NCBI GenBank assembly: GCA_019720975.1
Contig: JAGVSJ010000001.1
Coordinates: 34,400 to 98,399 of the forward strand
Direction of reading: 5' to 3'
DNA: 64,000 nt
DNA from: Candidatus Sysuiplasma superficiale
GTDB lineage: Archaea > Thermoplasmatota > Thermoplasmata > Sysuiplasmatales > Sysuiplasmataceae
Below the pieces are notes generated by a model. That model ran no database searches and was not told the DNA's origin. It saw nothing but the letters and a program-made list of their open reading frames with translations. This document shows positions 10,461-20,144 of this stretch, piece by piece; the first letter of the stretch is position 1, and each line of letters starts with the position of its first letter. The translations under genes were made by a program, and so were the position numbers.

Positions 10461-11411
10461 ATGGACGCAATATTGATGCTTCCTGTGTCTGCTGCAAGGG
10501 ACAGCCTCTATTTTACTGCCATGGCATCGATGTGGGCGTTGAACTATCCTCTTTTGAAGATTGCACTCATGTATGAGGCGCCGCTCTTTGTCCTGTTTTT
10601 CAGGGTGCTCTTCGGTGCAGTGTTTTCGGTCGCAATGATAGGTGGGATCAGAAATTTTCCCAGAGGGTTGAGGGACAATGTGCTCATAATGATGACAGGA
10701 CTGATGAACTCCGCACTCTTCATGGGATTATGGTTTCTTGGGGAGAACACAGAATCCGCCTCACTTTCTTCAATAATCATCTACACCTTTCCCATAATAA
10801 ACGTCGTCCTGTCATACCTCTTCCTCGGAGAAAGCATCACCAGATTCAGGGCCGGAGGGATCGCAATCGGTTTTGCCGGACTGCTGATAATATTCGCCAA
10901 CCAGATTTCGGTGCGGCTGAATACGGGTCTCATTTACCTGGTTGCTGCAGCCATCATATGGTCTGTATCTGCTGTAATATACAAGAGATACCTCAACGGA
11001 AGGGACGTGGGCGCGGTCAATGCAATGCAGTTTGTTTATGCTGTCCCGTTCGTGCTGGTCTGGGCAGCATCAACAGAGAGATTCGTCCCGGCAGGCATCA
11101 ACACAGTTTTCCTTGCCATAATGCTCTACATGGGTTTCTTCGGTTCAGCGGTCGCATATCTTGTCTATTTCACCCTGATCCGCAGGTATGATGTCTCGCA
11201 GATCTCAGGCATGTTCTTCCTTGTTCCGGCGCTGTCTGTGATCTTCAGCTTTCTATTGCTCCATGAAACAAACAGCATCTATACTTACACCGGACTGGCT
11301 TTGATATCCCTTGGCATATATACAGGCTCCAGAAGAGGGTCAGGGGAAGAACTGAATGAGTTGCTGTCAGAGGAAATTGCTGCAGTTGAAAAGGGCATCA
11401 GGAAGCTCTGA
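10461..11411 (+). CDS. DMT/EamA family transporter
   Basis: About 10 TM segments with twofold repeat (WALNY..K; LFLGE; LLHE); start likely 10461 or 10476 rather than 10206. Confidence 0.85.
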   Translation: MDAILMLPVSAARDSLYFTAMASMWALNYPLLKIALMYEAPLFVLFFRVLFGAVFSVAMIGGIRNFPRGLRDNVLIMMTGLMNSALFMGLWFLGENTESASLSSIIIYTFPIINVVLSYLFLGESITRFRAGGIAIGFAGLLIIFANQISVRLNTGLIYLVAAAIIWSVSAVIYKRYLNGRDVGAVNAMQFVYAVPFVLVWAASTERFVPAGINTVFLAIMLYMGFFGSAVAYLVYFTLIRRYDVSQISGMFFLVPALSVIFSFLLLHETNSIYTYTGLALISLGIYTGSRRGSGEELNELLSEEIAAVEKGIRKL

Positions 11412-11416
11412 CGGAC

Positions 11417-12916
11417 TTAGTCGCTCTTCCTCCTGAGCTGGGGGAAAAGAATCACTTCCTTGATTGAATCTGTGTTGGTGAAAAGCATGCACAGCCTGTC
11501 AATGCCGATTCCGAGACCGCCTGTTGGATGCAGCCCGTATTCCATGGCAACGATATAATCCTCGTCGTACGGATGCGCCTCCTCATCGCCCACTTCCCTC
11601 CTTGCCTTCTGTCTCTCGAAATTCTGTCTCTGCTCCATGGGATTGTTGAGCTCAGAAAATGCGTTGCCAAACTCCATTCCGCAGGCAAATGGTTCGAAGC
11701 GTTCCGCAAACCGCGGATCGCCGCGCTTCTTCTTTGCAAGCGGGCTTATATCCGCGGGGTAGTCGTAAACTATGGTCGGATCGATTATGTTTTCCTGCAC
11801 TTTCTGGTCGAAGAGTTCAGCTATCAGTTCGCCGGCTGACATGTTCTCCGATAGATTCTCGAGCCTGAGTTCACGTGCGACACTCATCAGCTCTGACGCG
11901 TCTGAGAAATCAGCTTCGATTTTCCCTATTTCCCTGATAGCGTCTACCATTGTTATCCTTCTCCAGGGTGGGCTGAAATCTACCTCATGCCTGCCATATG
12001 TCAGTGTGTGACTGCCCTTCACACTGAGAAGGACATCGCTCAGCATTTTTTCCGTCAGCTCCATCATATCGTTGTAGTCTGCGTATGCCTGATAGAGTTC
12101 AAGCATTGTGAATTCGGGGTTATGTGTTGTGTCTATGTCTTCGTTTCTGAAGTCCTTGCCGATCTCGTACACCTTCTCCAAACCGCCGACTATGAGTCTC
12201 TTCAGATACAGCTCGGTCGCAATCCTCAGGTAGAAATCCTGATCAAGAAAATTATAATGTGTTACAAATGGCCTGGCAAGTGCTCCGCCGGGTATAGGCG
12301 TGAGGACCGGTGTTTCCACTTCGATGAAACCCCTGCTGTCCAGCCATCTGCGAATCTCTGAAACGATCCTGCTTCTCGTCACGAATATATTCTGCACCTC
12401 TTCATTTACGGCAAGATCAAGATAACGCATTCTGTATCTTGCCTCCACATCCCGCAGACCATGGAATTTCTCCGGAAGCGGACGCAGCGACTTTGAAAGG
12501 TAGGTAAAGGAGGTCACATAGACTGTAATTTCTCCACGCTTAGTGCGAAATACATTGCCCTCTACGCCCAGTATGTCACCTGCATCGGCATCCCTGAAAA
12601 TTGAGTAGAGAGAGGCGCCGAGAACATCTTCCTTTCCGTAAATCTGGATTGTCCCAAATCTGTCCCGGAGGTTCATGAAGCATGACTTTCCATGATCGCG
12701 GACAGACATTATCCTGCCGGCAATCCTGACCTTGTCCGGTGACGGGTCATGTCCTGCGTCTGCAAATCTTTCCCTGACATCTGCCGAAGTGTGACTCCTC
12801 CTGTATGAATAAGCAAAAGGCTCTATTCCTGCCTCTCTGAGTTTCTGTAGCTTCACGCGCCTGATTTCAACGAGTCTGTTTGTTTCCGATTCGGATCTGC
12901 CCTCTTCTCCAGACAT
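11417..12916 (-). CDS. lysS: Lysine--tRNA ligase, class II
   Basis: OB-fold N-terminus, LPEKFHGL, RYRMRYLDL, FRNEDIDTTHNPEFTMLE, GLGIGIDRL. Confidence 0.96.
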   Translation of the reverse strand: MSGEEGRSESETNRLVEIRRVKLQKLREAGIEPFAYSYRRSHTSADVRERFADAGHDPSPDKVRIAGRIMSVRDHGKSCFMNLRDRFGTIQIYGKEDVLGASLYSIFRDADAGDILGVEGNVFRTKRGEITVYVTSFTYLSKSLRPLPEKFHGLRDVEARYRMRYLDLAVNEEVQNIFVTRSRIVSEIRRWLDSRGFIEVETPVLTPIPGGALARPFVTHYNFLDQDFYLRIATELYLKRLIVGGLEKVYEIGKDFRNEDIDTTHNPEFTMLELYQAYADYNDMMELTEKMLSDVLLSVKGSHTLTYGRHEVDFSPPWRRITMVDAIREIGKIEADFSDASELMSVARELRLENLSENMSAGELIAELFDQKVQENIIDPTIVYDYPADISPLAKKKRGDPRFAERFEPFACGMEFGNAFSELNNPMEQRQNFERQKARREVGDEEAHPYDEDYIVAMEYGLHPTGGLGIGIDRLCMLFTNTDSIKEVILFPQLRRKSD

Positions 12917-13585
12917 GCTTAACACTCATCCGTTACCCTGACAACCATTGTGCCCTGAAAGCGGCCCACCTGCGGGTGCAGCAGCTACCTCAGGTTTCGC
13001 ACATATCAAGATAGGCGCATTATAAGAAAGTTGTTGAAATACAGCTGTGCGGAATTTGCGGGGAAGGTCGCTGCGATCAAATGGATGTCTGCATCCGAAT
13101 CCTCCTTCCAATAGCTCATTTGAAAAAGCTGACCGCATTGATTGCGGTGCCTGTATTTCATGCAGTAGGTGTTGGGCTGTCGGCACTGCAGAAAATGCAA
13201 TCGGTGCTCCTTTCCCAAAATCATATCAGCCGGCAGCAGCGGCAGGCATGCATGTCACCTGCATTTCCCGTGCGTGCTCCATTCTGGTGACGGTGCAGAA
13301 TCGCCTGAAAATGGAAGGCGGGGGTGCAGCAACGCTGAGAGGTGCTGATGCTGTTTCCTGAATCGGCTCTTGAAGGGACAATGAGGACGAAGAGACTTCC
13401 GCATCTTGTCAACTTGAGAAGGGATGAGGCGTCGCCTCCAGCACCCGACACACAGACAACAGAGGACGTGACAGGATGTCACAACAGCGGGCAACCCTCT
13501 CATCATGTCCGGACTGCCCCAATATCTTCATTTCTTCGTTGAGCCGGAAGGTTGAGTGGAGGAGATGCGGAGAGGGATGCAGAAA

Positions 13586-14740
13586 TCACATACCCTTCAG
13601 TGCCTGCAGCAGGTCGTCCTTGAGATCGTCAATATCTTCGATGCCCGCAGAAAGACGTATCAGCCTGCCGTTTATTCCCAGCCTTCTCCTCTCACTTTCC
13701 GGAACCGAAGCATGGGTCATGAGCGCAGGTATCTCTATCAGCGACTCAACGCCACCGAGGCTCTCAGCAAGTGCAAAAAGCTTCAGTCTCCTGACAAATT
13801 TCCTCGCGTCCGCTTCGGAGCCGCTGATTTCAAAGGACAGCATTCCGCCGAATCCGTCCGCCTGCCTGGATGCCAGGCGGTGCTGGGGGTGCGACTCAAG
13901 TCCAGGGTAGAGCACATGCGATATCTCCTTCCTTTCCTCGAGGAATGATGCCAGTTCGGCTGCATTCTCGCAGTGCCGTTGCATCCTCAGATGCAGTGTT
14001 TTGGCACCCCTCATGACGAGAAATGAGTCGAAAGGGGACGGAACGGCACCTGCAGCATTCTGGTTGAAATGAATACGTTCGAAGAGCGCATCGTCGGAGA
14101 GCATGACAGCGCCGCCAAGGACGTCGCTGTGACCGGCGATATATTTTGTCGTACTGTGAAGGACAATATCAGCTCCCAGCTTCAGCGGATGCTGAAGAAA
14201 CGGACTCATGAACGTATTGTCCACGACTGAGATTGCACCGTGTTCGTGTGCGATTTCGGATATCAGTCGTATATCGCTGACTTTCATGAGCGGATTAGAA
14301 GGACTTTCCATCCAGAGAAGGGCCGTCTTCTTCCTGAATTTCGAGCGGAGCGCGTCCGGATCGGTAAAATCGGCAAAGGTTGTGCTTATGCCGAATCCGG
14401 AAAGGACATTGACAAGAAGCCTCCTTGTCCCGCCATACAGATCCTCCGCCGCAAGGACATTATCGCCTCTCTTCAGCAAAGACAGGAAGAGCGTTGTCTC
14501 GGCGGCAAGGCCTGAGGCAAAAGCAAGCCCATGCTTCGCTCCCTCAAGGGATGCGAGTTTTGTTTCCAGCGCTGTCCTTGTGGGATTGGCGGTGCGCGTA
14601 TAGTCATATCCCCTGGTAGCCCTGCCAGGCTCAGTGCTTGCATAGGTCGTAGACATGTGTATAGGCGAAACCACGTCCCCAAAGCCGTTCCTGCAGTCGG
14701 GTTCCTCACCGCTATGAATTGCCCTTGTGGCAAACTTCAC
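13586..14740 (-). CDS. Cystathionine gamma-lyase/synthase family PLP enzyme
   Basis: YDYTRTANPTR, ESPSNP, VVDNTF, HSTTKYIAGHSD, LAESLGGVESL, RLSAGIE; GTG start with GGTGA RBS. Confidence 0.93.
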   Translation of the reverse strand: MKFATRAIHSGEEPDCRNGFGDVVSPIHMSTTYASTEPGRATRGYDYTRTANPTRTALETKLASLEGAKHGLAFASGLAAETTLFLSLLKRGDNVLAAEDLYGGTRRLLVNVLSGFGISTTFADFTDPDALRSKFRKKTALLWMESPSNPLMKVSDIRLISEIAHEHGAISVVDNTFMSPFLQHPLKLGADIVLHSTTKYIAGHSDVLGGAVMLSDDALFERIHFNQNAAGAVPSPFDSFLVMRGAKTLHLRMQRHCENAAELASFLEERKEISHVLYPGLESHPQHRLASRQADGFGGMLSFEISGSEADARKFVRRLKLFALAESLGGVESLIEIPALMTHASVPESERRRLGINGRLIRLSAGIEDIDDLKDDLLQALKGM

Positions 14741-14799
14741 AGAATCACCTGCAGCTGGATCATCTCATTAGTTAAAGATTGAGTGCCGCTGCTAGTCTG

Positions 14800-15567
14800 T
14801 CATTCAGTCTTCCATTTGGAAAGCCACCATGAAGCCTCCGGCATTCCGCTTGACTCAACAGCCTCCTTGAGTTCCGAGATATCGTAGCCAACCTTCCTGA
14901 AATCAACCGTGAACTCCCCCTTCCTCAACTCCATTATTGCGTATTCAGCTATTACTGGCCTGAAGTGCCTTCCATTTCTCCCCACCCTGTAAGGAAGGCC
15001 GACACTTCCAGGATTGATGAGCGTCATGTGACCGAAGCGACGGAGCATCTGAACGTGTGTGTGGCCTCCGGCACATATGTCGGCGTCACTGGAAGAGAAT
15101 ACCTCACCAAGGAATTCTTCGGAAGATGATGAGTCTATGACCTCAGTGCTGGAACGGGGTGAGCCATGGTAGTAGAGTATGCCGCCTGCCTCCGTATCTT
15201 CCGATATGACAGGGCTGAAGGAAGAGATGAACTTCCTCTCCTGCTCACCGAGGAGGCTTGAACACCAGACATCAACCTTCTCAATCTCCCTGTCCCTGCT
15301 GCTGTTGAACTTCCCGGCTTCAGGCCGCATTATCCTTTCGTCAGTATTTCCCATAACAATGGTGATGTCCCTTGATCTGAGTGTTTTGAGAGTGTAAAGC
15401 GGTGCAGGGCCGGTTGCAGAAACGTCGCCCAGGCACACTGTCCTGTCAGCGCCACTGGACTCTATATCCTCGAGCACTGCATCGAGCGCCACCGGGTTGC
15501 CATGTATGTCTGAAATGAGGGCAATCCTTTCCAGCTCAGCACACCTCCGCCAGCCCAGCGTTACCAT
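14800..15567 (-). CDS. Metallophosphoesterase (calcineurin-like, YfcE/PrpA type)
   Basis: ISDIHGN, CLGD, MGNTD, HGSP, GHTH, NPGSVG; start uncertain. Confidence 0.9.
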   Translation of the reverse strand: MVTLGWRRCAELERIALISDIHGNPVALDAVLEDIESSGADRTVCLGDVSATGPAPLYTLKTLRSRDITIVMGNTDERIMRPEAGKFNSSRDREIEKVDVWCSSLLGEQERKFISSFSPVISEDTEAGGILYYHGSPRSSTEVIDSSSSEEFLGEVFSSSDADICAGGHTHVQMLRRFGHMTLINPGSVGLPYRVGRNGRHFRPVIAEYAIMELRKGEFTVDFRKVGYDISELKEAVESSGMPEASWWLSKWKTE

Positions 15568-15606
15568 TGCCTTCGCGTCCCTTCCTGAGACTGGCCGGAC
15601 GGAACG

Positions 15607-16761
15607 TCAATCGCCTATCACATCCCCCTCACGGAGTATATCGGCAACCTCGGGTCTCAGTATCTCTGACGGGAGCGGTTTACCTTCCGAAAGCAGCTTC
15701 CTGATCCTGGTCTGACTTGTGCTCTCATGGAATTCATCCCCGTGAGGACAGACCTTTCTTGATGCCATGACTCCGCATTTCCTGCAGAAGAAAGTCTCCC
15801 CGTACCTTAGAGGTACGACGCCGACATCCAGCCTGTCAAATATTCTGTGGGCAGCGTATGGATCGTAAAAACTGCCGACACCTGCCTGATCCCGCCCTAT
15901 GATGTAGTGTGAACATCCATAATTTCTTCTGATTATGGCATAGAAGAGGACTGCCTTCGGCCCGGCATATCTCATTGTGATGGAGAGCGATGCGAGCATC
16001 ACACGTTCGCCAGGGTAATAACTTGATACAAACGCGTTGTATGCCCTCATTATAACATCAGGGCGGTAGTCCCCTTTTTTTAGCCGCCCAATGATCGGCT
16101 GGATGAGCAATGCGTCGACGTCCTCTCTCTCAAGTGTCAGACGCTGTATGTACTCATGTGCCGTGTGGGGCGGATTCCTTGCCTGGTACCCGGCAACACT
16201 GTGCCATCCCATCTTTTCAAAGTGTGCCCGTGTCTCCCGCGGGGTGTATTCGAATCCGCCGTGATCGAGCCTGCGCAAAAGAAGCACCTTCCCGCCGGCG
16301 GCAGTGGTGCTGAGGTTCGCAATGTCTGCCACGTTGGGATGCGATCTGTCGGTCGTTCCGTAGACACTCTTTGCAAGTGCATCCCTTGAATATTCAAACT
16401 TCTCCTCGAGCGTGAATATGGCAAATATCTTGCCTGTGCCGTCCGAGAGAGCAAGGGAATCTGACGGTCTTGCAACACTGATTGTGTGCTCATCCTCCCT
16501 GTTCGAGGGTGCGAGAAATACAGGCAGTGTCCATGGGAGGCCGCCGGGCAGTCTTTCGTTTGACAGCACACTCTCGAACTCTTCCCTGCACATGAAGCCT
16601 TCAAGCGGGCTGTATGCACCGGTGCATATCTTTTCCGCATCATACACCTGGTCTATGAACGGATGAAGGACCGGGAGCTCCTTTGCCTCATCTATAAGCT
16701 TCGCCGCATGAGACTCATCAGCGATCCTTTCAACTAGTTTCCCTCCGTACGGTTCTATCAT
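15607..16761 (-). CDS. sat: Sulfate adenylyltransferase (ATP sulfurylase)
   Basis: GAYSPLEGFM, QARNPPHTAHE, MRYAGP, RRNYGCSHYIIGRDQAGVG, Zn site CxxC..C.H. Confidence 0.96.
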   Translation of the reverse strand: MIEPYGGKLVERIADESHAAKLIDEAKELPVLHPFIDQVYDAEKICTGAYSPLEGFMCREEFESVLSNERLPGGLPWTLPVFLAPSNREDEHTISVARPSDSLALSDGTGKIFAIFTLEEKFEYSRDALAKSVYGTTDRSHPNVADIANLSTTAAGGKVLLLRRLDHGGFEYTPRETRAHFEKMGWHSVAGYQARNPPHTAHEYIQRLTLEREDVDALLIQPIIGRLKKGDYRPDVIMRAYNAFVSSYYPGERVMLASLSITMRYAGPKAVLFYAIIRRNYGCSHYIIGRDQAGVGSFYDPYAAHRIFDRLDVGVVPLRYGETFFCRKCGVMASRKVCPHGDEFHESTSQTRIRKLLSEGKPLPSEILRPEVADILREGDVIGD

Positions 16762-16787
16762 TTACATCTGTCTCCTGTGAAACGGCA

Positions 16788-18635
16788 CTAAGGTATGATG
16801 TGATGGACGGGCCTTGTATACAGTGACCATTCCCTGTTTGCCGGATTGTACCGCGATGACACAAATACATGCCAGTTCTCATCATCAACCTTCGGATAAT
16901 CAGCCCTGTAGTAATATCCTGGCCATCTCGTCTCCTTTCTGTGAAGTGTGTGACGGATGACTGCCTCCGCGACCCATATCCTGTGGTTGAGCTCCCACGC
17001 ACGCTGAAGCTGGTGCAGATCCTCCGCACCAATATGCGCGAAATCCTCCTTAAGCATGTTGAGGAGGCTTAGTCCCTTCATAAGCAGCTTCTCATTTGTC
17101 GCGTAGTATGCACTGACACCGCCGCAGTATTCATCCATTATCTTTTCAAGACGCTGCAGCCCCTGTTTTGGATAGAGGAAGTATGGGGAAACGCTGCCCC
17201 TGACAATCATATGCTTCCCGATATCATAGTTCTCAATGGGTTTGTAAACGCTCTGACGTATCGCCTCAACCATTGCGTCGTCTATATCCGGAACCATGTC
17301 CGGGTTGTCTCTTATGTACCTGACGGCTGCCTTTGCCGCCAGCCTTCCCTCTGTGAATGAACCTGAGGAGAACTTGTGTGCGCTGCCACCGACAGTGTCA
17401 CCGGCACCGAAGAGCCCTTTGACGGTTGTCATCCTGTTGTATCCCCACCTGTAGTCCTCTGGAGCGATGTCCTCCGGCCCGCTCACCCATGCGCCCGCGC
17501 AAACTGCATGTGAACCCATCACATAAGGTTCGGACATGGTGAGTTCGGAGGGGTCTTCCTTCGGGTCGATGTTCTGCGATGCCCACATGACAGCCTGCCC
17601 GACTGTCATGTCCAGGAAATCCTCCCACCCAAGTTCCTCCTTTTCCCTGGTGTCAAGTGAACGTTCTGTATGTATGTATATAGGGCCCTTCCCCGCCTTA
17701 ATCTCCTCAAGCATGAGGTGATTTCTAAGGCATGTGGGCATGGGCTTTGCATCCGCGTATTTCGAGCCTACAAACTCGCGGAGCCTGTCAATATGCGCCT
17801 TTTCATACTCCTCCCCGTATGCGTTTGTGGCCACGGATTTAAGCATGAGGAACCACGCGCCTACGGGGCCGTAACCGTCCTTGAACCTGGTGACAACGAT
17901 CCTGTTCTCCATCTGCACCATTTCTGCTCCGACCTGCATCAGCAACGCATAGGCCGAACCGTTGTTCCACGGCGGATACCATGTCCTTCCGGAACCTTCT
18001 CCTACAGAACGGGGCCTGTAGATGTGAGAGGCCCCTGCAGCTCCAACGATCACTGCCTTTGCCCTGAATATGTAGAATGTGCCGTCACGAACGTTGAAAC
18101 CGGCAGCTCCGGCAATCCTGTTCGGATCCCTCGCATCAGGAAGCAGATGTGTTATCATTACCCTGTTGTAAACCTCATCTACCGATTTCTGTGCCGCCTC
18201 CGCAATTATGGGCTTGTACGACTCTCCGTGTATCATTATCTGCCATCTTCCCTCTCTCTGGTAGTGGCCTGTCTCCTTGTTGTACATCATCGGCAGGCCC
18301 CACTCCTCGAACATGTGGACCGTCGCATCGACATGTCTCGCTACGTCATAGAGGAGGTCCTCGCGGACAAGCCCCATAAGGTCACCCCTGGCATATCGGA
18401 CAAAATCTTCCGGCCTGTTTTCCCCCCACCGCATTCCCATGTAGCAGTTTATAGCGGAAAGGCCGTGTGCAACTGCACCGCTCCTCTCGATGTTCGCCTT
18501 TTCGGCGATCACGATCTTTAGGCCGCGCCCCCAGTAGCCCGCCTCCCATGCGGCGCCACAACCGGCAAAACCGCCGCCAACTATCAGTATGTCACAGTCA
18601 ACCTTTTTCACCGAAGATGTCTTCCTGAACGGCAC
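16788..18635 (-). CDS. aprA: Adenylylsulfate (APS) reductase alpha subunit
   Basis: IVGGGFAGCG, RSGAVAHGLSAINCY, WQIMIHGESYK, RFKDGYGPVGAWF, HKFSSGSFTEGR, ETRWPGYYYRADYP. Confidence 0.97.
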   Translation of the reverse strand: MPFRKTSSVKKVDCDILIVGGGFAGCGAAWEAGYWGRGLKIVIAEKANIERSGAVAHGLSAINCYMGMRWGENRPEDFVRYARGDLMGLVREDLLYDVARHVDATVHMFEEWGLPMMYNKETGHYQREGRWQIMIHGESYKPIIAEAAQKSVDEVYNRVMITHLLPDARDPNRIAGAAGFNVRDGTFYIFRAKAVIVGAAGASHIYRPRSVGEGSGRTWYPPWNNGSAYALLMQVGAEMVQMENRIVVTRFKDGYGPVGAWFLMLKSVATNAYGEEYEKAHIDRLREFVGSKYADAKPMPTCLRNHLMLEEIKAGKGPIYIHTERSLDTREKEELGWEDFLDMTVGQAVMWASQNIDPKEDPSELTMSEPYVMGSHAVCAGAWVSGPEDIAPEDYRWGYNRMTTVKGLFGAGDTVGGSAHKFSSGSFTEGRLAAKAAVRYIRDNPDMVPDIDDAMVEAIRQSVYKPIENYDIGKHMIVRGSVSPYFLYPKQGLQRLEKIMDEYCGGVSAYYATNEKLLMKGLSLLNMLKEDFAHIGAEDLHQLQRAWELNHRIWVAEAVIRHTLHRKETRWPGYYYRADYPKVDDENWHVFVSSRYNPANREWSLYTRPVHHIIP

Positions 18636-18654
18636 CTTGCATCAACTCCGCACT

Positions 18655-19116
18655 TTATTTAATTCCCGAAGGCATTTTCCCTGCATCAGGATGCGGCAGT
18701 TCCGGAACCTTCAGATATTCGGGTTCACCTGAGAGGAGCTGGCTCTGAAGTGCCTTGCCTTCAGGCTCGGGCAATGAACGCGATGATTTAATTGAATCCC
18801 ATTTTGTAGTTCTTATCGGGAAGGTGAATTCCTTGATCCGCCCGTCTCTGTACTTGACCTTCCAGGACACTGCTCCCTTCTCCGGCTCCCTGAGCACGGT
18901 CAGCCCGTGGCCAAGAGGCGCAAAGTCAGCGTATCCTCTGACATCAATTGCATGCTCTGGACAGTACTTCACGCATGTGTAGCATTCCCAGCACATTTCA
19001 GGTTCGACGTTGTATGCACGCCGGAACTCAGGGTCTATGTGCATTATGTCACTCGGGCAGAGCTCCACACACTTGCCACATCCGTCACACATCGTCATGT
19101 AAACAAAGGTCGGCAT
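18655..19116 (-). CDS. aprB: APS reductase beta subunit (2x[4Fe-4S])
   Basis: MPTFVYMT.CDGCG.C...CPSDIMHID...RRAYN.EP.MCWECY.CVK.CP; RGYADFAPLGH. Confidence 0.97.
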   Translation of the reverse strand: MPTFVYMTMCDGCGKCVELCPSDIMHIDPEFRRAYNVEPEMCWECYTCVKYCPEHAIDVRGYADFAPLGHGLTVLREPEKGAVSWKVKYRDGRIKEFTFPIRTTKWDSIKSSRSLPEPEGKALQSQLLSGEPEYLKVPELPHPDAGKMPSGIK

Positions 19117-19128
19117 TCACTAACCTCC

Positions 19129-19923
19129 TCAATCCTCTTTTATATAACTGACAGTGGAAGGCGATGGAAGATGGGAGTATCCCTCAGCGGCATCCATCTC
19201 CCTGTGTATGGCATAAACAGGCTTGTAAATGATGTGGGGAAATTTCGACCAGGCCATGGAAAGGAAGGGGAATGCAGTCACAGGCAGATACAGAATCAGT
19301 GCTGCTTCAGTGGCGGTGACAGACCCACTCAGATCCGCCAGTTCCAGAATGAACTGGAATACCACGGCGAACATGATCGAGAAGAGGAACATGTCTGCCC
19401 TGATCGAACGGAAAATGGAATCCCTTTCGGAACGCACATTGACCCTCATAAAGAGCATTATTATTCCTCCCACAAGCAGCATGCCGTCACCGGTGTTTGT
19501 CCCGACTTCAAGCGGATTGGACAGAGGAGAGGCGTTGAGCGTCGGATAGACAAGGGCCCGGAGAAGCATTGAGAGCGCCGCAATGATGAGTCCCCAGAAA
19601 AGAAGAAGATGTGCCACGCGGCGTGTCCTGTCAAGACTCCTGTCCTTGCACGAAGCTATTTCGCCGGAGAATGCAATATTCCTGATCAGGACGCGGAAAA
19701 TCACCGATCCCCCGGACTCGCCCGAAGGTTTGCTCCTTCCATAGCTTCTCTTCCACTCCCTCTCCTGCTGGTAAGACACTATCTTCTTCCTTCCCACAGC
19801 GTCGTACAGCACGCCGAGTACAGCTCCAAGCACGAGTATGAGTACAAAGAGTCTGAAGTCCGTTGCCGAAAAAAACGGGTTTATGTCAACAGCAGCCATC
19901 TTTTGAACCCTCACCAGCATCAT
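19129..19923 (-). CDS. aprM: APS reductase membrane anchor AprM
   Basis: Five TM segments; INPF N-terminus, SGE..C..RRVAHLL..WG, RVNV..E..S.FR..RAD.F, WSKF.H..YKP, E.G..LP.P, as recalled for AprM; directly upstream of aprB. Confidence 0.85.
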   Translation of the reverse strand: MMLVRVQKMAAVDINPFFSATDFRLFVLILVLGAVLGVLYDAVGRKKIVSYQQEREWKRSYGRSKPSGESGGSVIFRVLIRNIAFSGEIASCKDRSLDRTRRVAHLLLFWGLIIAALSMLLRALVYPTLNASPLSNPLEVGTNTGDGMLLVGGIIMLFMRVNVRSERDSIFRSIRADMFLFSIMFAVVFQFILELADLSGSVTATEAALILYLPVTAFPFLSMAWSKFPHIIYKPVYAIHREMDAAEGYSHLPSPSTVSYIKED

Positions 19924-19965
19924 TCATACTTTACTTATACTTATTCAATAAAACACCCCATAATC

Positions 19966-19976
19966 TGACATTGTCC
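19966..19976. promoter_or_regulatory. Candidate operator TGACATTGTCC (10/11 match to palindrome TGACAWTGTCA) in the aprM/lrp divergent promoter
   Basis: Near-identical motifs at 21961 and 22415 in the other sulfur-cluster promoters. Confidence 0.5.
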
Positions 19977-20144
19977 TGAAAACTGTAACGCTATTCACTC
20001 AATTAAAGGTTTCAGACTTAAAATCGTGGCTCTGAAGGCCTGCACACGGCATTCGTATGATGACTGCAGAGGTGCTAAGCATGCCAAATTTCAGACAAAT
20101 GATTAATACAGGATAAGGGTAACCGGGTTTAGAGAAATATTCAC

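Noticed and set aside
9763-10476. 237-aa plus-strand ORF and many similar 60-280 aa antisense ORFs (e.g. 6081-6791, 17670-18521, 32074-32808, 62083-62871)
   Set aside because: They are shadows of well-supported genes on the opposite strand and have no recognisable motifs
13470-13510. Possible second C/D-box sRNA on the minus strand (ATGATGA-GAGGGTTGCCCG-CTGT)
   Set aside because: No convincing D', C' or D boxes or terminal stem, and the guide does not match an archaeal rRNA segment I can recall
12926-13542. Several short overlapping ORFs on both strands
   Set aside because: Mutually overlapping, atypical composition, no clear RBS or family motif
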